A stretch of 64,000 bases of DNA, from the NCBI RefSeq assembly GCF_001194135.2, contig NC_068988.1, forward strand, positions 13,407,305 to 13,471,304. The letters are read 5' to 3'. Positions 23,901-36,100 of this stretch are shown here, piece by piece. Positions within the stretch are counted from its first letter, which is position 1, and each line of letters begins with the position of its first letter. The notes beneath the pieces were generated by a model. It was not told where the DNA came from, did no database searches, and worked only from the letters and a program-made list of their open reading frames with translations. The translations under genes were made by a program, and so were the position numbers. The DNA is from Octopus bimaculoides (Eukaryota).

Positions 23901-24055
23901 NNNNNNNNNNNNNNNNNNNNNNNNNNNNNNNTGTAGAAACTCTGCCAAATTAGACTGGAGCCTGGTGTTGCCATCCGGTTTCACCAGTCCTCAGTCAAAT
24001 CGTCCAACCCATGCTAGCATGGAAAGCGGACGTTAAACGATGATGATGATGATGA

Positions 24056-24097
<42 letters not shown>

Positions 24098-27000
24098 GAC
24101 TATGGAAGCATTACTAATAGCAGAATACAAGCCTAAATCAAACACACAGATACATTAAATGTAAAAAATATATAATTTCATGAAATCTACAAGGATTTAT
24201 CATTATATACTTTGAAATCCAGAGTTGAGGGTTTTATCAGTTTTAAAATTACTCCCAAGACTCTCTGTGCCTTACTGCATTAACCAGGAAACTTGAAGCC
24301 AGTCGAAGCGCATAACTTACATATCTGAAACAAAAAAAGAAGCTACAAGAGGCATTATTTGTGGTCTACTTACTTATCATCCTCATCTATGTCATTCATT
24401 TTGGTGACTGAATAAGAAACTGATGGCTCTAAACTGACATGGTCCATGAATATTGGACCTGGGGTAATATTCTGGATCTGTGCTTCTAAGTAAACTTCAT
24501 CTGACTGTAAAAAAAAAAAAAAAAAAGACAAATACAAAAAAAAATTATTTGAATAAGATTTTGATTAGATAACAAATAAAAACATAAAGGAAAAGACAAT
24601 ATTGACAGTAAAGATAAAGAATGTAAAATGAGAATTTCATTTTAATTATCTGTTTAATTATCTGTTTAGAGAGCTGGCAGAATCGTTAGCACACCGGCTG
24701 AAATGCTTAGTGGTATTTCACTGCTGTTATGTTCTGAGTTCAAATTCTGCCGAGGTTGGCTATGCCTTTCATCCTTTTGGGGTCTATTAAATAAGTACCA
24801 GTTATGCACCAGGGTCGATGTAATTGACTTAATCCCGTTTTCTGTCCTTGTTTGTCCCCTCTATGTTTAGTCCCCTGTAGGCAATAAAGAACTAAGAGAG
24901 AATTTCTGCAGAAAACTGTCTTCTTAAAATTTAAAGGATTTTCAACAGATCACTTGTGGTGTGTGCATGTAAAATAATAGAAACAATATTATTGTTTGCC
25001 ATTCTAATTTAGCAAAGTATAAATTTTTACAAAAATAATTTCAACAGACATACAGTGTGAATATAGATTGATTTGATTTATGTGTGTTCCTCCTATCAAC
25101 CAGATCAAATGTTCAAACAGATCAATGCTACCTTCACAATAGTAAGGTTTGATTTTCATTTAATATTATAATCACTGTCCATGTGCTTCTGTGTAATTAG
25201 CAATAGTAAAATTATTACTTTATAGCACATTTTTTATTGGTCAGTGCCAACATTCACACACTAGGGAGTGTTGCACAGCTGGAGTGAGCAGAAGGTAAAA
25301 TAATTAATGAACTTAACTATCCAACATTTTTTCTCTCCAGACTCCACAGCTAACTCTAAAGAACTGCCAGTAGCCAATGGCTTTGTGTTGTAAGATAATC
25401 CAGTTACTAACATATAGAAATATATAGTAAACAATTGTAAACATTATCCTTAATATTCTTTCCTTATCTAGCAGCAAAATGGGAGAGTTACAGATTTATT
25501 ATATCTTGTTTCACTTTCAATTAAACAACAGGTGATATAATGAAGAGTTACAATGGCCAATGTTCTGGTTATTTTTGTGAAAAGTCATGGTTCATTTGCT
25601 TGATTGTTTTTTTATTTGTTGTTTGAGAATGGAAAGCTTCATTAAAGATAATTTTTCTTTATTCATAGAGTGAAATAACATGGGTAAAAACCAGTTGTGT
25701 ATTATTGTTCAGTCTGAATAACACTCCAGCCAAACTGCAGCACTGTGTTCCGAATAAGGCCCTGATAATTCACCTGCCTCTAATATCTGACAATATCACA
25801 AAAAAAAAGAAAATAAATGAGAGAGAGGAGAGAGATTTTGTTGATGGATTTCAGCAAATGGTTAGATGGTTCACAGTGATTGGATGAAGATATAGGGCAG
25901 GGGGAACTTCAATATAAACACTCAGCTAAGGTTTGCTCCACTTCCTGATAGAAACTGTATTGATCCGATATAACCATTTCTGATATGCTAACACTCATAT
26001 TTTATGGCTATGCACTAGGTTGGGCTTCTTTCAGAGTGGAGGCATTAAAAAATAGGAAGGAAAAGACGAAAATGTAAAAAACCCATCAAAACAAATTAAA
26101 GCAACAGCAACAAAAAAACAAAGAAAAAAAGCACCATTGTTTATATGAAAGTGAAACAAGATATAATAAATCTGTAACTCTCCCATTTTGCTGCTAGATA
26201 AGGAAAGAATATTAAGGATAATGTTTACAATTGTTTACTATATATTTCTATATGTTAGTAACTGGATTATCTTACAACACAAAGCCATTGGCTACTGGCA
26301 GTTCTTTAGAGTTAGCTGTGGAGTCTGGAGAGAAAAAATGTTGGATAGTTAAATTCATTAATTATTTTACCTTCTGCTCACTCCAGCTGTGCAACACTCC
26401 TTAGTGTGTGAATGTTGGCACTGACAGAAACAAAAAATTACAAAAATATAGAAGGAAGAACTGAAACTATTATTATTATTATTGTTGTTGTTGTTGTAAT
26501 GAGAATGAAGTTGATGATGACAGGCATGTGTGATATATTTTCTGATTATATATATATATATATTTTCAAGTAAATGGAATCTGTTTTCCCTCTTAGATTG
26601 AATAACCATCCCTTATGAAGTCATTGCTCTTGGTAAATGTCATAAAAGTGTTAAGATTTTATAGCCTGTATAGATTATAGGAGTTATTATAACTTGCTAT
26701 TACTTTTTCTTTTCTTCAGAATCTATGATAGTTATGTTTAAAGCAGAGAGAAAATGCAGTAAAAAAAAATGACTTTAACACCTGGAGCACGTACAAGATG
26801 TAATTATGTATAAATAACTAGAATGGGACCTAACATTGTTTACTGGAAAGTGCGAAAAAGGGGAACTTATATGTGTGTGTTTGTGTGTGCGTGTGTATGT
26901 TATCTCCTACAGAGACATGACAGGCAGACACATATTCTTTGAGAGATACAAGAAATCTAAATTAGTGAAGGCATATGTTCCAAGAGATCAACATTAGTGT

Positions 27001-30000
27001 ATACAAAAGAAGTATGGAAAGAGGTGTTGATTTCAATAAAAATAATAGTTGATGGAGCAGAAGAGGAGCAGGGTAGAGGTGGGGATGAGTTTCAAGCAAA
27101 TGAGAGACAATCACACTTTTGATTACAATCCAAAACTGATGTTGCCGCCAACCATACACTCACTATTTTTACATTAGGAAAAACTGCACATAAAAGTCCT
27201 TTAACACCTTTGTAGTTAACTGTTTCCTATGCCATCAAATATTTACTCTTTCAAGGCCCTAGTAATACTATGTATCATTATTAAAACTATATGAAACTTT
27301 TATCGCAAGACTGCAACTTTAAAAGTGCACACTAATTCTACCTTTATTCATTTAGCAGAATTCAATTCTGCAGATGTCTGAACAAGCCCTAGATTTAGTT
27401 CGATATTTTATTAGTCAAATCTGGTTTAAAAACGTTCCTTCCCAACCATATAGTTTCAAATTCAGTCTCATTGCATGTGGTGCCTTTGGCAAGTGTCTTT
27501 TACTATAGTTCTGGGTCAACAAAAACCTTGTGAGTGGATTTGGTAGATGGAAAATGAAAGAAACTTGTGTCCCTTTTGTCTTGACATTATATGTACTCTC
27601 AGAATAACACAAAGGAATAGAAGAACATTTAATCAAAACTTGGTAATGGCTTTAAATGGTAATTCCACACACACACATACACCACAGGCATCTTCAGGGT
27701 TTCTATCAACCAATTTTATTCACAAGTTATCAGTTAACCTGAAGTTATAGTAGAAGACACTTGCCCAAGGTGCCATGCAGTATGACAGAGCTCCAAACCA
27801 CATCACTCCGTAACCATATAACCATGCCAGAACCAAATAATAGTTAGAAAGAGCCAACAAGAAGTAATCGTTCCAATGAATGTGTTTTATTTTCTTGAAA
27901 TTTTATACTTGAATCAGAACAATTTGTTTGAAAACAAGAACACAACTTATCACAAGATATGTTAATCAAGGCTTCCTTTTCTGATTCTGGTGTCATGTAG
28001 ATATTTTGAATTTATTTAAAAGATATAGAGTTGAAACACCATTAACCCTCTTGATATCAAATGCCTGAGATCACTCCTGGTTCTATAACACTTTTCCTGT
28101 TCTAAATTAAAATCTTCCATCAAAATTTCCAGTTAATTTATGTTGCAAACATCAGCTTAATAAGAACAAAGCTATTTTACTGACTTCTTCATTATTTTCA
28201 GAATTAGTTGAAACAAATCTATTGTATTTCAATAGAAATATGATAACAAAAAGGTTAATATATGTAATCATTATTGAAGACAGACCTGTTGTGTTTGTGG
28301 TAATTTATCCAGGTTTCAAATTTACAAAAATTGATATTAAGATATTATCGTAAACAGAAAAAAAAAAAAAAAATTATAGTTCAAAGTCACAAATAAAAAT
28401 ATCAAAACCTTTTCAATATCAGATATCAGATATTCCATTCCATTTGATAAAAATGAATAGATCCAAGCTTATTAACAACAAAGTGAATAAAGGTATTCTA
28501 AAAATTATTCTAAGTAAAGCTATGTAAGCAGATAAATAAACAAACAAAAATTTACAGTATTTTCAAGAGAACTAGAATACAAATAATCTAGTTTTAACTG
28601 AGTCTTGATTATTTTTTGTTTAATGAAACAATGTCTTCTCGAGAAAATGCATCTTGTGAAACATTGAATTAAGCAAAAGACTTTCAAATTAAATAACTAT
28701 GAAGCAGTTCTGGAAATATACTTTTCTCCTTGATGCATGTAACTATTATTTGAGAAACGAGGTTTGTGGGATAGCATGGATTGTTAGTATATTTGCTATT
28801 GATCTTGGTGAAAGGCAATGTTGATGTTGAGTGAGGCAAAAACGAATGATGTGCAATGTTAGAACTGCCACGGTTGAAGTAGGAACATCATTTGAGAAAC
28901 AATCCATCAACGATATTAAGATGGAAAAATGAACAAAGAACAAAGGTCTAATTGAACATTGTGTTCAGAAAACTCTAGATAATGGAGATTCTGTTTTTGT
29001 TTTCTTTACAACACATTTAAGAATAAATTGAAAAACAAAAACAAACGAGTAAAAAAAATAAATAAATAAAAGATTCTTTCGAATGACTTTAATCTTTATT
29101 GAGTTAGATATTACATTATTATCAATTCTACATTGTATTGAAGCCATTTAATCAATCAAATGAAACTCAAAGTAAAGGTGGTGGCAAAGATGATGATGAT
29201 GATGACGATGATGACGACAACACTGATGATGATGACAACAACGAGGATGATGATGGTGGTGGTGGTGGTGGTGGTGGTAACGCTACAGCTGCCACAACCA
29301 CTGCCAACACCACACCACCGCTATTATCATTAGCATTATTGTTTTTATGTCCTCAAAAGTAATAATAATTATGTTTTATTATTTGTAAATTAGTAATTAA
29401 AACATTCTAATATTCCAAGGAATTTTCAAATAATTCTATGTTAGTTTGCACAGTTTTATCTATTTGATATAGCAATCTGTGAGCTGCAGCATCACAGGTT
29501 ACTGGTTTCCAATGAGTCAATAACTGGTGTATGGCATTCTTAACAACGAGAGTAACAAAGAAAATCTGTGTCTCAGCAAAAAAAGAAACATTGCTTGGCT
29601 GTTGACTAATTTGTTGGGTTACTAGTCCCTAAGATTACAATGTTTAACCCTTTAGCATTTAAACTGGCCATATCCTGCCCAAATACTCCACCTGTTTTTA
29701 TGTTCAAACCATCCAGATTTTGCCTCTCACACTTACCTTACAATGTCATTCTAAGAATAAAACAATTTCATCATCGAAATCTCAAAGCTATGAGATAACA
29801 TAAATAATTCAAAACAATGTGAATAAATAAGCAGAAGATTTGACACAGAAATCTGAATGCTAAAGGGTTAAATTGATCCAAAACATTTTGGTCTACCTTT
29901 TATTTAACTGTTTGACATTCAAATTACTCTGCCAAATGTAATGTTTATTTTTTTCACATTGTTTTGAATTAATCATATACCATCTCATAGCTTCCAGATT

Positions 30001-32892
30001 TTGATGATGTGATTGTTTATTTTTAGAATGACATTGTAGGGAAGGTGTGAGAGGCCAGATCTTTCTGATTTGAACATGAAACAAGTAGTAAATTTGGGTC
30101 AGATATGGTCAGTTTAAGTGCTAAAAGGTTAAGGCACATTAAATAAGTTATGCGGTCTACCATATGGAAATCGGAACTATTCACACTAAACTACCTGCAT
30201 CAGTTGTTAGCTGCCGGGCCATTGCATCCTTTAAAACCTCCATGCTTCCTGAAATTCGCCAACACTACATCTGAAATCCTCACCTCCATATGCATGCACA
30301 CATGTATATCATGGCTCTTACACTGTTCGCTTTCCTGACTTTTGAACATAATTCTATGTACTGTACATACACCTTTGATGAGTTGTAGTGCATCTGAACA
30401 CTATACACAATAATTTCATCATTATTATTATTATTATTATTATTATTTCAAGTTAGAAGTTTTTGTAAGTAAAAAAAGGAAGGATCCAACAAGAAAACAT
30501 TTATTTTAGACTATGCATGTATGGAGAGAGAAAGGTGAGCGTGTGTGTGTGTGTGTGTGTGTGCGTGTATACACGTACATATATACATACAACACATGTA
30601 TATGTTCTGAATTCAAGTTATTCCACTATGTGCACTTTGGGTACACACCTTCTACTAGAGGTTTTGGGAGTAAAATTGGGTTGGTGGAAACCATATGGAA
30701 ATCTACAAGATGACTATTTATAATTCAAAGGTTTGGCTTTGTCATAGACTGATTCTACCTACAGGTTACGTTAAATAGTCTAAGTGTTTATGGAATAGCC
30801 AGCCACTAATATTGTAATACAACTGATGAGGAGTTTTATTGTTCAAACAACTGCAATACTTATTGTTGAGATTACTGAGAGGGCCATTTACTTGTGCATT
30901 CACATGCATGTTTCCACATGTGAAGCAACATAATAAGAAAACTGAATAAGATTGAATTGGAATATACTGTTCAGAAATCCGATATTTAATCAATTAAGCT
31001 ATGTTAAGATTCCTGATATGGAGAACTTTACCAATGCATGATAACAAGCAGATTTGAATACACAAGTGAAAAATTATACTCCTTTTATCTTTATCCCCGA
31101 TCCTGTAATATTAATGGAATGTTGCTAATTATCCCAGATCACACAGGAAGCATTCATAATACCAGTGTAAAAGAGCAGATGCTATACTTTAATTTGCCAT
31201 GGCAAGATTAGGTTTGCAGCCATTTCCTCAATGGAAACCAGGCTATAATATGTAAAAGTCTGACATTTTTATATACAGCCTCCAAGTATAATTATAGACA
31301 TGCCAATATTGATTTCAGTGATATGTTTTGGTTACAATTAAGAAAATATTATTCTAATGTAGACTACACAGCAGGCCCTGTTGACCGTATAATTTCAATT
31401 AATGATAATAATTGCTGAGAAAATATAGGTATAGGATCTAGTTAATGGTTGTAGGATTAAATTACTAGATGGATAAGAAAAAAAAAAAATCTCCAAGAAA
31501 CAAAACAAACAAAAAAACCTAACAAACAATAATCCCAAATGATATCAATAAAAAACTAGATCCTCAACTTTATTTGTTAACCACACAAGTCTAATGGTTA
31601 TTGACCCAATGTTATGTAAATCAAGTAGTTGTGGCATAGTTCACAGAACTGGTCAGCCTGGACAACTGACTACAGATTAAACGTATAATGTGAATTGACC
31701 ATAGCAATTACTAATAAATAGTTAATTAGCTTACTTCAAATTGATTACTTATTGAACAACATTAAGGCCATCATTGATTTATGTACTTCGATAGAGTTAT
31801 TTCCAATAGCCTTACTTAAATGCTTTCTAAATTCTCAACTCTTAAGTCTAAGTTGTAAAGAAACAAATTGATTACCTATAATAACATTAAAAATACAATA
31901 ACAAACAAGCCAAAAAAGTCAATCCTTCCACGTGGCTGGCATTTCATTGCAGTTTCTGTATTATTTAGTGGACAAAAGATGAATCTTCCTCTGTATAAAA
32001 CATTAGCCCATTGTACATAATCTCATCAGAATAAAGTGAGTGTGTTACAACTAGAGGCAATTTAATGCTTGATTGGTTATATTCTAGAAGAAAGAGTATA
32101 ACAACCTAAAAGAAATCTAATGCTTGATGTATTGTAGGTAACCTCGCTAGAATAAAATATACTGCAACCTAGAGAGAAGTGATCTATTGTAGGTAAGAAT
32201 TTCTCTACAATAAAGTGTATTACAGCCTAGAAGCAATTTAACACTTGATCCATTATAGGTAACATTGCCAGAATAAAGATTGCTACAAACTAGAGGCAAT
32301 TTAATGCCTGACACGAAATCACAAATGAGCTGGCAGTCCATTCCTTTAACAACTTAGTTATTTCACCTGTAATTCAAAAACAATGAAATTAAGAACCAAC
32401 CATTCAAAAATTTCTTCTATAGTAACTCTGGAAGATAAATAAAATACATGGGGGTTTCTCTAGAAGAAAGAAGCAATCTGAATTGGCAAGACAAAATATG
32501 AGTTAATCACCAGTCAAACATAAGAACAGCTGCTGAAAGTTATCGATCTCTTCCTGTCCTAATTATAAAACTGTGTGGGTTCTAAAACAGACTCTGAAAC
32601 ACACAATTCTCTTCGAAGCATCTTAATGTCTTCACTGAAAAATTTTCAAATATAACCAAATTGGATGGATATCTTAAAAAGAATAAAAACCTAAAAATGT
32701 TGCTTAGAGTTTGATCATGTGTGTTTTAAGTATCCTTTGATAATCTTTTTTTTTTTAACAAAATACTACTTAATAATCAGGATGGTATATGTGTGTGTGT
32801 GTGTGTGTATGTAAAGTAAAATTTGTTAAATAATAGTTTCAAAGTAATACATCTCAGAGTTGAATTATGGAAAATGTATAATTCATCTAACT

Positions 32893-32924
<32 letters not shown>

Positions 32925-33152
32925 CAAATGGTTAAGAAGTTCACTTTGCAGTCATATGGTCCTGGGTCCAATCCATTTGCATGGCATTTTGAGTAGATGC
33001 CACTTTTTCTAGTGTTGGGTAGACCCATACCTTGTAAATAAAATTGGAGTGACAGAAACTGGATAGAAGACCATTGTGTAGAGTGCAACTCTAATTTAAA
33101 AGGTATAGCCATGTCAGATTTTATGTCATGCTTTTTACACCTAATAATTATG

Positions 33153-33195
<43 letters not shown>

Positions 33196-36100
33196 ACTAC
33201 CTTTTAGCCGCTATTGTTCCCAGGTCTATGCTGACTGGAAGTAGTAGCACCTGTCAGGGCTCCCACTACAGGTTAACTAGCATATATGATAATAATCCAT
33301 CTGAGTGCAGGGATGCAGATATACCTTTGGTTAGTGACAGAAAGCACAGTAAAACCGATGGGAGTGAGGGAACCCCAGCTATGACAACAGATAAGAGAGG
33401 GACACTCTGATGTAAAATCGCATGACTACTGGTCATCTTGATTCAGCCTGTCACTAGATACTAACCACAGAGGCTCAGAGAGTGGTATGCGTGTTGTGCA
33501 AGTGTTTGTCACTATAATCCAGTGATGTACAGATGGTTCTTTATGGTGACCTCATTTGTCATTTCATCCACTGAAAGTCCAATGTCAATAGAAAGGTAGT
33601 GATGTGTGCAGGCCTAATCAGTTGGAAGCATACATATAAGTTACAGCTTTCATCTGTCACTTATGCTTTAAACAATACATATCTACAGCAGGACTGAATA
33701 GTCATCTGAGAGGTCATGGATGGGAAGCCAGAAATGCCATTGGCAATGAGAAAGCATAAAGAGATAACAATCATCAGTGAAGGTGGAGCAACCACCATAT
33801 AAATATATCATCATCATTTTAGCATCCACTTTTCCATGCTTTCATGGGTCAGACAAAATTTCTCAAGAGAAAATTTTGTATGGTTGGATGACTTATTTGA
33901 CATGAGAGGGAAAGAAGTCCATTACTGATGATTGAGAAGATATTAAGTAAAAGTGTGTTTACTGATTTTAAATCTGATAATGATGATTTTTATTAGCTAT
34001 AAGTGTTCCCATGATCCTCTGTAGCCTGCTACAAAGAGCACAAACATTCTGCTGATGAGACTGATCAAAGTCTTGAAATTTTTATGGGTTAATAGATTTA
34101 GAAATGCTATTGTTCTAAACTAAACATTAAGGACTAATAAGGAAATATGAAAACTCTTAATAATAAAAAAAGATTAAAATTGAATAGAGTTGTGGCTCTA
34201 ATATAACAGGTTTAAAAGAAAATCTGTTCATTATTTTTACTCTCACAGTTGTGTGTGTGTGTGTGTGTGTGTGTGTACATATATAATAGGAGCAGGCATG
34301 GCTGTGTGGTAAGAAGTTTGCTTCTCAGCTACATGGTTTTGGGTTCAGTCCCACTGCATGGCACCTTGGGCAAGTGTTTTCTACTATAGCCTTGAGCTGA
34401 CCAAAGGTTTGTGAGTGGATATGGTATATGGAAACTGAAAGAAGCCCATCAGGTATATATATATATATATNNNNNNNNNNNNNNNNNNNNNNNNNNNNNN
34501 NNNNNNNNNNNNNNNNNNNNNNNNNNNNNNNNNNNNNNNNNNNNNNNNNNNNNNNNNNNNNNNNNNNNNNNNNNNNNNNNNNNNNNNNNNNNNNNNNNNN
34601 NNNNNNNNNNNNNNNNNNNTATATATATATATATTAGCCTGCTAACCTAGCCAGCAGGGTGGTGTCATTTGAAGGTTAAAACAATGCAAAAACGCATTGT
34701 GACCAACGATGTGTAACAACATCTGGCAGCCTGGTTGGTCATGTGATATCTATCTATCTATATATGAATGTATGTGTGCATGGGCATGTGTAATACTCTC
34801 TCCTTGAATTGACATCATGTGATAGTTGTCATGCAAGCAGTGACTTTTGCTTCCAATCTTCCATGAAAATGTGTCTGGCCATGAAGAAATGTTACCTTAC
34901 TTGGAAGCAAGTGAATGTTGGTGACAGGAAGGGCATCCAGCCATAGAAAGACTGCATCAGCAAATTCTGTCTGACCCATGCAAGCATGGGAAAGTGGGTG
35001 TTGAAATGATGATGACAATGATGATGATACATGTGCATACACACCAACACATATACATATATATCTTTCACTTGTTTCAGTCATTAAGTTGGAACAAGTA
35101 ATAGTAACCATTCAAGAGAGTGCCGGAATACTGCCTTGAACATCTTTACTTCTTTTCTTATTCATAATAAATCCAGTACCTACTTTTTAAAAAGTCTGGT
35201 ACTTAATTTAGCAATATATATTTATCACACTGCTAAATTACAGGACATAAGCAGACAGCAATAAACACATACAAACATAGACACAGGCACACATACCTAT
35301 GTGGTCAAGCCACTCAAAGTCATAAATCTGAATGTTAGCGCATTTAATTTATAACTGAATCCAACAAGATCTTTGCATTTTGCCTGAAGAATCCTTGGTA
35401 GTAAACATCACAGTTTTAGGTTTGTTAGGAACAGCACAAGTAGTTCCAAACAAGCCTATGAGTAGCTAATCTATGTACTGGGACTCACAGTTAGGGATTA
35501 AATATATAAATTTTATTTTGAGAGAGAGAGAGAGAGAGAGAGATGTCTAAGTTAAGAATTAAATAAACAAGATCTCCAAAATTGTCTGAAAAGAGATTCT
35601 CTCTCCTCTGATGACATATTTCCCTGCCAAGGGGCNNNNNNNNNNCCCCCCCCCCCCTCCCTTCCCCAACACACACATGTATCAGACTCTTTAGTTCATG
35701 ATGATTTTAGTTTACAAACACATATTGCAAAAGTCATGTGCAACAACTGAGCAATGAAATGTAAATTCAAAGATAAAGCTTTATAACATAAACATTAACA
35801 TCCTGTCTGTTCTTTTCATAAAGCAAATTATAATTACTATAAATTGTGATAACTAGTTTTTACAAAAAATTTTAAGTGTTATGGTTTTTAAGTATTATTT
35901 TCATGTTAAATACATTAATCCATGTTAATTAAATTCAGTCTCTTATGAAAAATTTGCTTCCTTTGAAATTCTTTTCTAATTCATAACAAATGAATGGCAC
36001 TGATAGCATTTCCTTTTCTCTGTGTAATCCATTCAATAAATGATGGTCTTTTTTTAACCTCATATTAAACCAATATCACTACATAATGAGAAAAGTTCCT

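Noticed and set aside
29138-29362. ORF with poly-D/poly-G/poly-T-A tracts
   Set aside because: Compound triplet microsatellite, antisense to TRAPPC13, no recognisable domain or splice context
33228-33600. GC-richer stretch with ORF 33228..33410 and an open antisense frame
   Set aside because: No recognisable product or consistent splice phases; probably an old retroelement fragment
35631-35670. Poly-C and poly-G runs next to 10-N gaps (also 39917-39928)
   Set aside because: True length unknown; probably sequencing difficulty, so no G-quadruplex claim can be made
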